This document shows, piece by piece, positions 18,773 through 30,200 of a stretch of DNA of 64,000 bases (position 1 is the first letter of the stretch; each line of letters begins with the position of its first letter). Source of the stretch: an uncultured virus (IMG/VR IMGVR_UViG_3300022916_001241) (Duplodnaviria > Heunggongvirae > Uroviricota > Caudoviricetes). A program made the translations under genes and the position numbers. Below the pieces are notes generated by a model that worked only from the letters and a program-made list of their open reading frames with translations, did not search any database and was not told the DNA's origin. Where the stretch lies: the IMG/VR virus record IMGVR_UViG_3300022916_001241. The stretch is one strand, 5' to 3'.

Positions 18773-19816
18773 TTATCTGAATAGAATTTTCATCATTGAA
18801 TTATACTTTTTATTATTACTTTTAAGATAATATAATGCTTCTTCTTTGGACATTTCGCCAAAATCATTATATTTTGTCCCACTAAAAAATACAACCCTAA
18901 CATCAACATCATGACTAATTAAATTATCTGCTATATCAAAACTTTTCTTCAAAGCGTCCCTATCTAAAGCTAACAATACCATTGGCTTACTTTTAACTAT
19001 CTTCTCAAAGAGAACACTGTTTTTAGATATTGAAGACCCAAGAATAGGAATAGAGTTTTTGCCACACTTTATTGAATCAATTATACCTTCAGTAATAACT
19101 ATTGGCTTATTATAATCAACATAAAGCTCATTATAAACAATATTCTTACTTGCCTTACTGTTTAAGTATTTATTTCCAGGTAATTCATCCCATATTTTCC
19201 TCCCAACAAAATAATTTATATCACCATCTACATTAAATGATGGAAATACCACCCTATTTTTATATCTACCTGAAACACAGAAACCAATCTTATAAAAGAT
19301 AATATCATCTCTAGTAATACCACGTTTATATAAATATTTTTTTGCACTATTTACATTTGGATCAGAACTTTTATACATCAACAACTTAAATCCATCCGGG
19401 GGTCTTAATTTTTCACCAATATCATTGTTTTTACACGACCCCTTACAATAAAGAAAACTAACCCTATCATATAAAGCCTTCTTGTAATCTATATTGCTAT
19501 CCCTATCTGACGTGCCATCACCACTTATAACAAAACTATTCTTCTCAGACTTAAATTCTAATGTTTGTCTATCACTAGCAAACCTTTTTAATATATAATT
19601 AACATTTTTACCCCTTTTGCCACAATGCCAGCAATGCCAAACACCACTTATATGTATCGCCAACTTCTTCTGATTGGGGTTTGATTGCTCATTCTTGTTG
19701 TGAAAAGGACAATAAAACATTAGTTCTAGTTCATTACGCTCTTTTTCGCAATTACCTAAAAACTCTTCTAATATTTTTACTTGTTTTAAAGTAAGGAAAT
19801 CATCATTATTTACCAT
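18773..19816 (-). CDS. DNA primase (Zn finger plus TOPRIM)
   Basis: CPFH...WHCWHC zinc finger; YLYKRGI, RVVFP and YFVGR; TOPRIM ITEGIID and ALDRD. Confidence 0.9.
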   Translation of the reverse strand: MVNNDDFLTLKQVKILEEFLGNCEKERNELELMFYCPFHNKNEQSNPNQKKLAIHISGVWHCWHCGKRGKNVNYILKRFASDRQTLEFKSEKNSFVISGDGTSDRDSNIDYKKALYDRVSFLYCKGSCKNNDIGEKLRPPDGFKLLMYKSSDPNVNSAKKYLYKRGITRDDIIFYKIGFCVSGRYKNRVVFPSFNVDGDINYFVGRKIWDELPGNKYLNSKASKNIVYNELYVDYNKPIVITEGIIDSIKCGKNSIPILGSSISKNSVLFEKIVKSKPMVLLALDRDALKKSFDIADNLISHDVDVRVVFFSGTKYNDFGEMSKEEALYYLKSNNKKYNSMMKILFR

Positions 19817-19821
19817 GTATT

Positions 19822-20364
19822 TTAACCGCTTCTTTTTAAATAACCATAAACAATTACAAATGCATCAGCCATATCATAATTTTCATCTTTTAGATTGTTA
19901 AATTTGCTATATGTCCAATCATCATAGTTAATTATATCATTAACCTTTTCAAAAATAAAGTGCTTCCGCTCCTTATACTTCAAACCTTTGGGTACGATAA
20001 TACTACAACCCTTTCTAGCACTCATTACATTATAAACAATTTGCTCAATATCTAAAAACTCCTTTTTGCAAACATATTGCAATAACATATTAAAAGAATA
20101 TAAATTGAACAAAGTATTAGCATTGCTTTTGCCAGGAGCAAACCTTTTTAATGGGGCCTCAATAACAATAATGTCTGTATTATTAATATATTTGTACCCA
20201 AGCAACCAACTCTTAAAGAAGTCAACTTTTTCAAATATATCATTAATTTTCTTAAGGTTTAAAACACCTATATCAACCAGATCCAAATTAGACTTATTAA
20301 TAAGGCAAAATCCAATATTAGAAGTTGATATATCTAACCCTAAAGCATATTTTTTATTGTTCAA
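19822..20364 (-). CDS. ruvC: RuvC-like Holliday junction resolvase
   Basis: LGLDISTSNIG, IVIEAP and DMADAF catalytic acidic motifs. Confidence 0.85.
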   Translation of the reverse strand: MNNKKYALGLDISTSNIGFCLINKSNLDLVDIGVLNLKKINDIFEKVDFFKSWLLGYKYINNTDIIVIEAPLKRFAPGKSNANTLFNLYSFNMLLQYVCKKEFLDIEQIVYNVMSARKGCSIIVPKGLKYKERKHFIFEKVNDIINYDDWTYSKFNNLKDENYDMADAFVIVYGYLKRSG

Positions 20365-20369
20365 AACTT

Positions 20370-23288
20370 TTAATAATCTATCTTGAATCTAAAGAAGAAT
20401 CGATCCTTATCCCGCTCCTTCGCAATAGGTTGCGCTAAGTTACACCTACCTACTATATTATAATACTTATCATAAAAGTTAAAGTTAGAAATTATAGTAT
20501 TATACTCACTTTTCTCAGGAGAATCAGAGACAAACTCAACAAACCTTTTGTTTGATGATGAGTTCGCAAACTCTGCTGGCACTTCAAACTCAACAGTTCT
20601 TGTGTTAATGTCAACTGTACCACTAAATTGTATGTCAAACTTGTCTTTACCAAAGTTATACAACAATGGAGATTTAACCAACATAACACCTTCATTATAA
20701 AAAACATTACCAACATTGTTAAATGTTGCATGTTCAGTCTTAGCATCAGCACGATATAAGGAACCATACCCATCATCTTTCAATGTAATATTAAAAACAG
20801 ACTCCGATCCCGTAATGTTAGAGTCAATTAATAACATAGAACCCCTCTTTGTTTGATTCCCATAAAAAATATTAGACATATCAAACAAACAACAGTTTTG
20901 TGACCTAGAACTGCTAAGTACCTCTCCAATATAATACAGTGGTCTAGAACCAAGGCCATCATTAACAATATATAATGACGTATTGTTAGGATATTTTGGA
21001 GAAGCAAATGAATCCAACTCATCGATGAAGTTAAAATATTTATTGTCATAAACTAGCTTATTAGATCTGGCAATGTAAAACTTATCCAAATTAATAGATG
21101 AATAATCAACATCTGGAGAGTTGGGTTTAGGGTTGGCAAATGTTGGGATAGGATAATTCTTAATATACATATCGTTATAATTGGTAGAAAACGGATATGT
21201 TATATTGCTATCATCACTCTGACTAGCTGTTAACAAAGAACACAAGTTCCAGTTAGGAACAAACTTTCCATTATCACAAGGTAAAACAGTTAAATTTCTT
21301 TTTAACATTTTTGGAGACTCTAATAAGTCATTAGCAGGCTGTACCAACTCCTGATCACTTAACTCAGTAGCAGAGGCAGTTAAATTATACAATCTAGGCA
21401 TACCTGACTTATTAGAGTTTTTTTGTATTCTTGCAAAGTCCCTAGCAAAGTTTTGAACATTAACCTCAAAAGCATTTACACCCATAGCCAAAGGAACATT
21501 AATTGGATACGGATGAATTTCAGTATCCACATTATCAAACGTTACGTCCCCCGTAATATCCTCTTGATATAAATTAGTTGTGTATTTATATTTATCTTGC
21601 TGTGAGACTTGCTCAACAAACAATAATGGCAAATAAAACTTAAGGCCACTAGCTGACGCATTTGACACTATATCATTGCTCAGCCCACAACTAGACATGT
21701 TCCTTATATTTTCAATAGAACGCCAGTCTTTCCACACCCTGACCTCATGCAACTCAGCATTAAGCGGATAATTAAATATAATGTTTTGTGGATCTTTAGA
21801 CAACACATCTGTCATACCAGACAAGCCTTCGTCATTAGAAGCATATGTGTTAAAAAACGCATTATTAAACCCACCAAAACTACCAATTATGTTACCTTCG
21901 AAATAATTGCCTAACACCAACTGCAACGGATCGTTTAACTCAACATTACTACTATCATACCTACTAAACAACCAAGACCTAAGACCACAAAATTCATCAT
22001 TGTTAGCTTCGTCAGACAAGACATCTTTAGAAATATAAAAATTAGTATCAATGTTACCATCTATAATAAAATCACCCCTAGCCAATGATCCAACATTATT
22101 TTTATTTTTATCCCACCTAACCGCAACATGATGCCAATGCTTCTCTTTTAAATAATTAGATGAAGTAAAAACTAAGTTTTCCGATTGATCAAAATCAACA
22201 ACAGCTAAAGATGGAGCAGTGTTAGTAGATGAGCTTAACTGTAACATTAGTTTATATCTATTATCACCATCATATTGATATGAGTCGCTAGAGGCTGTTA
22301 TTAACGATAAGGCATAATTACCGCTATAATGCAATATTGTCCCAGCATCTGTCTGAGGGCCTGTAGGCTTAAGCCAGAATTCAATACAAAATGAACTAGA
22401 AACACCAAAGTCAAGCTCTTTACTCTCAACAGAACCATTGTTAGCTATTGATTGTGGAGACTTATACACAAATGCTGTATCACTTTGGACTGCGCTAGAA
22501 GTGAAGAAGTTAAAACAGCTATAATTTGTAAAACTATTTTCAGCAGTAGGCATTTCAACAATATAATATGGCATTAAACTATTATACACCATATCAAACT
22601 TCTGGTTGTTAGAATTACACAACTTATGTAACAATTTATTGCTATAAATTGATTTTTCTTCACCCACAACAAAACTAGAGTTATTTGAAACATAACCATC
22701 GTCAAAAGGATAGCTACCAACCGCATTATAAAAATCAGTAACGTCGGTATCAAGACCAAAAGAAAGATTTTCGTACCATTTATCACTAGAATATAAAGCT
22801 ATGTTACTATCAATTTCCCAAACTCTATAACCATTATTGCTATCATTTTTCCAAGTATATACATCGCCATCATTTAAAACATTTTCATTTTCACAACTCA
22901 AAACTGGTGTCTCTCTAGTTATATTAAAGCTTTTATTTGGCTTAGCAATAAAATACTTTTCATCAGAGTCCATTAAGTCAATATTATGTATAGAATTACC
23001 CTGAAGGGCTTCTGCTTGACCTATTTTTGAAGGATTAATATCAGTAGAGCCACTAAACCAAGTAGACAACTTGCCAGCAGAATCTGAATCTTTGCCCCAC
23101 CAGTTACCACTAGGATATTTAGAAACTTCATTATCAACAACCTGAACATATTCAGCACTAGATGTATACGGATATAAATACTTAGTTCCCGTAATTCCTA
23201 ACGTTGATGACACAAATGAAATTTCTGGATATGTTCTAATTGATAGATTTCTAAAATTACTTTTGTCTAACTTTAAAAATTGAGTCAT
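20370..23288 (-). CDS. LamG/concanavalin-A-domain virion (tail/baseplate) protein
   Basis: FCIEFWLKP, WHHVAVRWD and ELHEVRVW LamG motifs; C-terminal FYDKYYNIVGRCNLAQPI. Confidence 0.75.
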   Translation of the reverse strand: MTQFLKLDKSNFRNLSIRTYPEISFVSSTLGITGTKYLYPYTSSAEYVQVVDNEVSKYPSGNWWGKDSDSAGKLSTWFSGSTDINPSKIGQAEALQGNSIHNIDLMDSDEKYFIAKPNKSFNITRETPVLSCENENVLNDGDVYTWKNDSNNGYRVWEIDSNIALYSSDKWYENLSFGLDTDVTDFYNAVGSYPFDDGYVSNNSSFVVGEEKSIYSNKLLHKLCNSNNQKFDMVYNSLMPYYIVEMPTAENSFTNYSCFNFFTSSAVQSDTAFVYKSPQSIANNGSVESKELDFGVSSSFCIEFWLKPTGPQTDAGTILHYSGNYALSLITASSDSYQYDGDNRYKLMLQLSSSTNTAPSLAVVDFDQSENLVFTSSNYLKEKHWHHVAVRWDKNKNNVGSLARGDFIIDGNIDTNFYISKDVLSDEANNDEFCGLRSWLFSRYDSSNVELNDPLQLVLGNYFEGNIIGSFGGFNNAFFNTYASNDEGLSGMTDVLSKDPQNIIFNYPLNAELHEVRVWKDWRSIENIRNMSSCGLSNDIVSNASASGLKFYLPLLFVEQVSQQDKYKYTTNLYQEDITGDVTFDNVDTEIHPYPINVPLAMGVNAFEVNVQNFARDFARIQKNSNKSGMPRLYNLTASATELSDQELVQPANDLLESPKMLKRNLTVLPCDNGKFVPNWNLCSLLTASQSDDSNITYPFSTNYNDMYIKNYPIPTFANPKPNSPDVDYSSINLDKFYIARSNKLVYDNKYFNFIDELDSFASPKYPNNTSLYIVNDGLGSRPLYYIGEVLSSSRSQNCCLFDMSNIFYGNQTKRGSMLLIDSNITGSESVFNITLKDDGYGSLYRADAKTEHATFNNVGNVFYNEGVMLVKSPLLYNFGKDKFDIQFSGTVDINTRTVEFEVPAEFANSSSNKRFVEFVSDSPEKSEYNTIISNFNFYDKYYNIVGRCNLAQPIAKERDKDRFFFRFKIDY

Positions 23289-23317
23289 ATTTTCTCATCA
23301 TAAAAATTAAATATTAA

Positions 23318-24562
23318 TTACCAATCTGTTCTAACTCTAATAGTTAACGCTCTCTCATCATTAAGCAACACAGGACGACTCAATTTAGCTACAGCCATAA
23401 GTTCATTATTGGCATTATAAAGACCAATACCAGTAGTATACACAAAACTTTTATCATTATCATCATCTTCAATAACGACAATGTTTTGTTCACTATCAAT
23501 AAAAGTTGGGTTTGAGGAATAGTTAAACTCTGATGCGTCAATCTTACAGAAAAACAACGTACTGTTTAAGTTAGTTTTATTCTGAAAGCTTAGCTGTGCA
23601 TCAGTAGAGTTAGCAACCCTTGACGATAAAACATGATCCAATATATTGTCAATCGTACCAGATGCTAGGAAATAATTCTGACCAATCAAAGTCTCTTCAG
23701 ACATCGTACCGTTAACGAACGAACCAGTAAATTCTGACGTATTGCTGGATGCATTCTGCATAGCTAACGTCCCAGTAATCGGCTGATCAGCTTGGAACGT
23801 CTTTTTAAGATCAAACATTAATATGCCCTGATCAATAAATACAAGACCAACTGAATTATCAGTATCATTTGACTGATAAATGTTTGCAACATTTCCGCCA
23901 TATGTAACCAACTTATTGTCATTAGAATCCACGTCTGAGTATGTTCTAAACAAAGAACCCGTTCTAAACATATTATTATACTCTGGTGTATCTACTGAAT
24001 CATGAGATGCACTATACGCTGTTCTAAAATAAACTGTTTCCCTCTTCATGCCATCACGGGAAAACAACCTTTTAACATTAATAAATAAAGCCTCATTGAT
24101 AATATCAGTTTCCGTGTCTGAATTTAATGGTGACACAAATTGTGCATCTTTATCCCCTAAAAGAACTTGTGCATATTGCTGATACATATACAGTTTTTCT
24201 CTCATTTGTGCTGTAGTAGATTTAAATATATAAAGCCCATCATCATCTAAAGTTGGGTTAAGATCTGTTACAATTGTTGAATCAACATGTAACCCAACAG
24301 AAACATCAAGAATCGGGTTTGATGTAGCTAATGTATAATCATTGTCATAACATGTTTGCCACAATGAACTAGTGACTGAATATAAGTTATTCCATGAATC
24401 AGCAGATTTAGCATCATAACTAGATGATGCCCAATGTACATATTTCCTTCTGGTATTTACCGCAGAGCCAGAAACATCCTCACCAGCGATATCGATCAAC
24501 TGATTTAATGAAGACCTGCTAGTCTTAATATCTTCAGGGTTAAAAGTTTTAAACGTTGCCAT
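23318..24562 (-). CDS. Virion tail/baseplate protein
   Basis: EFNYSSNPTF and TGIGLYNANNELMAVAKLSRP, resembling the C-terminal half of tail-collar-fibre (DUF3751-like) domains. GGAGGTG RBS. Confidence 0.65.
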   Translation of the reverse strand: MATFKTFNPEDIKTSRSSLNQLIDIAGEDVSGSAVNTRRKYVHWASSSYDAKSADSWNNLYSVTSSLWQTCYDNDYTLATSNPILDVSVGLHVDSTIVTDLNPTLDDDGLYIFKSTTAQMREKLYMYQQYAQVLLGDKDAQFVSPLNSDTETDIINEALFINVKRLFSRDGMKRETVYFRTAYSASHDSVDTPEYNNMFRTGSLFRTYSDVDSNDNKLVTYGGNVANIYQSNDTDNSVGLVFIDQGILMFDLKKTFQADQPITGTLAMQNASSNTSEFTGSFVNGTMSEETLIGQNYFLASGTIDNILDHVLSSRVANSTDAQLSFQNKTNLNSTLFFCKIDASEFNYSSNPTFIDSEQNIVVIEDDDNDKSFVYTTGIGLYNANNELMAVAKLSRPVLLNDERALTIRVRTDW

Positions 24563-24598
24563 ATTATATACACCTCCAGAAAAAAATAAACAATATTA

Positions 24599-25321
24599 TT
24601 AAGTTTTACTTATCTCTACTCTAATACTCTTTTCAGCGCCAGTATTAACCCCACGAACCTTAACATATGTAACAATAACATTCTTATTCTGTGTCGTGCC
24701 CCTCTTTTGAAAGGTTAAATTGCTAATAGACTTAGCTTTAACATCTAGCCTTATAGATGAGCCATTCGCTGAATCTCCAGAAGTTCTAGGTAAGAAATAT
24801 TTAGCCTTTTTATTTACAGCATTAATAGTAACTGGCGTGTCATTCATAACCTCGATAAGCTCATTATCTGCCTCTACCTCAAAACTATAATCCTGCATTT
24901 CAGAATCGAAGGCTAGGTTAGTTAACTGTTGCTGTAAAGTCAACGAAGCCCTTTCTTGCCCTGAAGTTCCAAGGCTCAAATTAACTTGATCTGATGTGTG
25001 TGACCCAGCACCATCAATAGTAGATGCCAATGTTAAATTGGGAACTTTTGTTAATCTAGCATTAGTCAGTGAAACCAATTTATATTTTTGTGCTACAGTT
25101 TCATTAGTGATTGCCTCTAAAATTGGTGTATTATTTTCAATCTTAGCTTTCCCGGCAATAAGACCATGCTTTTTTATTAAAGTATAATCAATCTCATCAT
25201 CAGACAATGCAAATTTAGTTATCTCAAACGAACCATCGTTCCTAGCTAAGTATTTTCTACCCAAATCCGTTAAAACTGCATCAACATAAATATTAACCGT
25301 TGTTGAATCTAAATGACCCAT
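24599..25321 (-). CDS. Virion tail/baseplate protein
   Basis: DAVLTDLGRKYLA...ITKFALSDDEIDY, resembling the N-terminal half of DUF3751-like domains. GGAGG RBS. Confidence 0.65.
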   Translation of the reverse strand: MGHLDSTTVNIYVDAVLTDLGRKYLARNDGSFEITKFALSDDEIDYTLIKKHGLIAGKAKIENNTPILEAITNETVAQKYKLVSLTNARLTKVPNLTLASTIDGAGSHTSDQVNLSLGTSGQERASLTLQQQLTNLAFDSEMQDYSFEVEADNELIEVMNDTPVTINAVNKKAKYFLPRTSGDSANGSSIRLDVKAKSISNLTFQKRGTTQNKNVIVTYVKVRGVNTGAEKSIRVEISKT

Positions 25322-25357
25322 ATCTTAATCCTCCAAGCAAACAAAGTGTTCCATTAT

Positions 25358-25366
25358 TATAATTAT
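25358..25366 (-). promoter_or_regulatory. Candidate late-promoter element ATAATTATA
   Basis: The same 9-mer lies in gene-upstream DNA at 3883-3891 and 49969-49977, with variants at 13592-13600, 46529-46537, 11905-11913 and 34371-34379. The AT-rich background limits certainty. Confidence 0.35.
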
Positions 25367-25374
25367 TATAAATC

Positions 25375-27255
25375 TTAGTTATTTTCCGTTTTTTTTACCC
25401 TTATCTTCAAATTTTTCTCTTCCATTATATCTGTATTAACAATATTTAATATATATTCATTATTATCAAAGTTATGTACCCTAAGTCCCTCATTAGTACC
25501 ATCTACATTTTTGACATCTGGAGTTAAATAAATGTTTGCCCCCTTAACACCAGAAACATCAATAAAATTATTAACCTTGTCAAATATTGGCATAAACCAG
25601 TTAGGATATGCCAATGGAGCACCAGCCTTGCAAACTTGTTTAATGTTATTCTTAATTCCATAAATATTTGTGTCAGAAATAACTTGTAATTGTTCTGAAT
25701 AATTTGACTCTATCTCATGAGCATCTACACAAGTAATTGCATATATATCCCCAATGCCATACTGAACACTAAAGTCAAATTTAGCATCTTTCATTTGCTC
25801 AAAATTATTTGGTACTCTAACCCCATCTTTAGTGCCATACTTTTCAAAACCTTCATCAACAACCCCATAAACACCCTTCCAATCCCTAAAATCATATTGC
25901 CTCAACAATGAAAATGGTTCATTAACGTTAGACCTTTTATATATATTAAACTTCTTAATATCCTTTTGTGGATTATAAGGCAAGGACCAAAGTAAGGTCA
26001 AATCATTTTCATTTTTAAAAATAACACTAACATCTTTTGGAGACATAGGGGCTTGTTTCTCTTCTGTAACAATATTAATTCTATTGCTAATTGGGCCTTC
26101 TATGTAATTTTTAATAATTTTTAACGTACCATCATTATCTGATATTGTTTCTTGATGCATCTCTAATAACGGACTTACAGAATATTCATAATTAAAACCA
26201 TATTTTATATAAATGTCATCATAAGTTTGCTTATGACTAATAACATTATTATCAACATCACCAAAAATAACATCTATTAACTCACCCTTGTTATTATCAT
26301 TAACATCTTGATCTTTAAACTTACGCCTAATCATATTTCCAACATAATAAACTATAACCTCACCATAACTATCAACAGACACATTAGAGTTTACAAAATC
26401 AACATTACCGACAGTTTCTATTGAGGCTGGTAAAGATGACATATCAAATCGATACTTATCATATTTTACCTTGTCGGCCAGTTCACCTGAAAGTCCTGAT
26501 GTGTTTATATTTTTAGACGCAATTGCATATGTAACATCATTAAACTTCTTTAAAAATGTAGTAAAAAACTCATAAAATCTTGCATTATTACCACTATCAC
26601 ACAATAATTCATTTTTAAAACATATATATCTAATAAAATCACTTATAACAATATTACCACCATACCCAGAAAAGAATAAATTGTTTATATCGCTATTAAA
26701 ATCATACTTAAAAGAAATGTCGAGATTTAAATCACTTAAACCAACCATATCATCCAGATAAGAAAATATATCACCTGATTTAACATTATCATCATATTCA
26801 TAAACAAATTTAAAGTCAGTATTATTTTGAAACCTAGACTTAATATAATAATCACCAACAGATATATTATTAATATCACCTATTGGTGTAGAACTAATGT
26901 CAAAATTATTCTTTTCTAATACTGTAGTGACATTCTTAAATTTGTCAAAATAAACACTAGGCTTAGAAACAAACTTTATATTGTTGTATCTAGAAATTTC
27001 AAATTGATCCTCGCTCAAAACAAACTTCTTTAATTCATCATTCCAAACTTTCTTAAAAACTCTAGAATCATCATTGTCACGCTCAAATTTATCATAAAAA
27101 TTATATATAAAATTATACTCATTAACAAAAACAGGAACAACACCTATCGAAGTAATTGGATTACTAACTAATGATACTGACACATCAGAATATTCTTCTT
27201 CCTGATTTAATAAATCATTCACCAAATCATCAACAACTTTCTTTATATCACTCAT
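25375..27255 (-). CDS. FN3/Ig-like domain virion protein
   Basis: YDDIYIKYGFNYEYSV, PMSPKDVSV...LTLLWS...FNIYKR and YAITCVD resemble FN3 strands. Confidence 0.55.
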   Translation of the reverse strand: MSDIKKVVDDLVNDLLNQEEEYSDVSVSLVSNPITSIGVVPVFVNEYNFIYNFYDKFERDNDDSRVFKKVWNDELKKFVLSEDQFEISRYNNIKFVSKPSVYFDKFKNVTTVLEKNNFDISSTPIGDINNISVGDYYIKSRFQNNTDFKFVYEYDDNVKSGDIFSYLDDMVGLSDLNLDISFKYDFNSDINNLFFSGYGGNIVISDFIRYICFKNELLCDSGNNARFYEFFTTFLKKFNDVTYAIASKNINTSGLSGELADKVKYDKYRFDMSSLPASIETVGNVDFVNSNVSVDSYGEVIVYYVGNMIRRKFKDQDVNDNNKGELIDVIFGDVDNNVISHKQTYDDIYIKYGFNYEYSVSPLLEMHQETISDNDGTLKIIKNYIEGPISNRINIVTEEKQAPMSPKDVSVIFKNENDLTLLWSLPYNPQKDIKKFNIYKRSNVNEPFSLLRQYDFRDWKGVYGVVDEGFEKYGTKDGVRVPNNFEQMKDAKFDFSVQYGIGDIYAITCVDAHEIESNYSEQLQVISDTNIYGIKNNIKQVCKAGAPLAYPNWFMPIFDKVNNFIDVSGVKGANIYLTPDVKNVDGTNEGLRVHNFDNNEYILNIVNTDIMEEKNLKIRVKKTENN

Positions 27256-27275
27256 TTAAAAATCCCATATCATAA

Positions 27276-30200
27276 TTACAAATCAATATCAACAAACTTT
27301 GTCTTAAGATCGATCCCACTCTTTATATCTTTAAACTTGCCAACATCCTTACCATGCTTTTCTTTTTCAATTTCAACAAAAAACTGGTCTAAATTAACAG
27401 ACTCTTGCAAGTTAACATTATCAGGCACATGAATGAAATATACCTTCCTAAAATATTTTTCAGACAACAGCTTGCTAAAAACATTCTTAGGCATACCTGA
27501 TATACAATAAAGAACCTTCTTAAGCATATTCCTATTTATATTATCAATGTCATTCTTACCTATATAATTTTGGTTTTCGTCTAATTCAAAATCTAAACTA
27601 TCAAATATTTCATCAACAACCTCATTATTAAAAAACCTATTTAAATCACTAATATTATCTATCTTAGCAATATTATCAGTCTTAGAAAATATATCCTCGT
27701 CAAAATTAGCCGAATACATAACTTCTACATATTTTTTAAGCGCACAGGATAGTTGCTCGTTAACCTCCTCTAAATTATCATCAAGCTCACTAACACTATG
27801 ACTACCACCATCATCAAAGCCAACCACATCCTCATATTCATTAATATACCTATATTTCAAATCAAACAAATATGATCCAACATTATCAACACTTTCATCA
27901 CCACTTTTATTAAAGTTCTTTTTAAACACATTAATCTTTATCTTAGAAGACAAGTTATTATTTAATGATTCAACAAGGCCATTTGGTATACCAACTGCCA
28001 ATATTTTACCATTATTAAAATCCCCTACCTTACTCTTAATTAACTTATATTCTTTTTTGTCAGTAACTGCAACATTGTTAAGCCTAAAAAATTGTGTACT
28101 ATCATATTGGATAGGAGCACTACTATATGGAAACACAAGCTCATTATATAAATTTTTATCTATGTTTATCTCGCTCTTATCTAAATAATTAGAAGCTAAC
28201 TCAAAATTTTCATTAATACCTTCAACCAACTCCAAAATTTTAGTATCAAGCCCTAACAAACTATCAAGATATATAATAAACTCATTTTTTACAACAGACA
28301 AATATTTAGCCAAATTATCAACAATAAAATAATGATCATCAGCAAACTTATTGCCAATAAAATCTGCTGGAAAAAACTTCATTAAATTGTTATCATACAA
28401 ACCATAATTATTGTTATTAATGCTACCTTTAATTTTGTTAATCATAACATCATCATAAGGGCTATTATTAATATAAGAAATGAATGGCTCTTGAGGCTCT
28501 AAAATATATTCACCGTCCGGGTCATCTGGAAGTACTTTGGTGATATTATCAACATTAGGAAGTTGTGATGGCTTATTATAATCCATGGCGGAATCTCTTA
28601 TCTCATATAAAAGCCTATTTCCAGAAGCTTGTCTGACATAATATGGCCAATATAATTTATATATATTTGAAAACAAATCATAGCACATAAAAGCTAAATT
28701 AAAGAAACTAATATTTCTATATTTAGTAGAGTAAGAACTAGAGGATTTTATGTCATTAAACATGTTATAACAATAATTTAATATGTTCTCAAAAACACCA
28801 CAGTCAGAAATTTCGTTACAAAAACTTAAGCCATCTTTTACCCAATGCACCCTGTTAAGTTGATGTGTATAGTCTGGTTTAGACACATGATGTAAATAAT
28901 AACCAAAAAACTTTGTATGTGCATATGAACCTTCACCATAATTAGTATATTCAAACTTTCCATCATTTGTATTAAACTTCATATCAACATCAAACAAACT
29001 TACAAAACTTTTTTCACTTTCAACATATTCACCTAAATCACTAAAGCCTGATATTTTTTCAAAATCGTCCTTGTTTTTCAAATATTTATAAGTTGAATAT
29101 AAAAACATTTTTTTCAAAAAAACATTATTATTATAATATGACATCATAGACATAACAGAAAAGTTTAAATCTTTATCAGCAAACTTCTCTAAAAGCATAG
29201 GGCCATTATCGTTCCATTGAGCCGGAGGAGTGTTGTTTTGTAATGTTGAATATATGTAGTTTGATGTTTGCTCAGTGTTATCCCCAAACTTAATAAAGCC
29301 ATCTAATGTCTTAGCGTCAATAAGATCATTAACATCAAAAAGATCCTTAAGCGCAAAATTATTGCTACTTGAAGTCTCGTCAGAATAAAAACCACTCTTT
29401 GCTGTCAAAAATTTATTAACTAACTTAACAACATATGATTGCAATTTATTAAACTCACCAACAAACTTTTTATTTCCTAAATAAGATGTAATTTTATTAG
29501 AAAAATTAAGTAAATCACTTTTTGTTTTCGAATCTTTAAACCCCATAAGTAATAATACGAATTCTCGCACATCATTTCCAGCAACATTAACAAAACTACC
29601 AAGCAATTTTTGCAAAGAATTTTCAACAGAATCAACATCAGAACCCAAAGACTCTTCATTATCTGAAAAGAAAACTTCAGTTACCAATAAAAATACAATT
29701 TGATTAAGATATTCTCTCATTTTTAAATCATTATTATCAAACCTCACCCCCTCATCAAAAATAACATTTCTATTAGTTAGAAACCTAGATATATCAATAA
29801 CATCATCATCTAATTTATATAACCTATCTTCATAATCAAATATATCTAACTCACTAGTATGTTTAATAGGCTTATTATACAATCTCTTGCCATATAAAAT
29901 ATCAATAGATTTCTCGAACGCACGCTCAAAGTTATTTTTTATAGGATCTCCAGCCAAACTACCAAAAATACTTAAATCAAACTTTCCAGTATCATTATAT
30001 AAATCATATATCTCCTGATACTGCTTTAACTCATTAGTGTCAACAGATGTTAAGATATTAAATAAGTTTTTATCCAAAAGAAACAAATCTTTTAAATTGT
30101 AATTTTTATTAACTACATTAGTTATACTTACTAAATCTTCATAATATATTCTTTTTAGTAGCTGAAACAACGCTCCCCAACTTTCATCACTACTAAACAA

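Noticed and set aside
11924..19816. Inteins or introns in terminase, SbcCD or primase
   Set aside because: Lengths and motif spacing are normal, and no intein splice motifs or LAGLIDADG/HNH inserts were seen.
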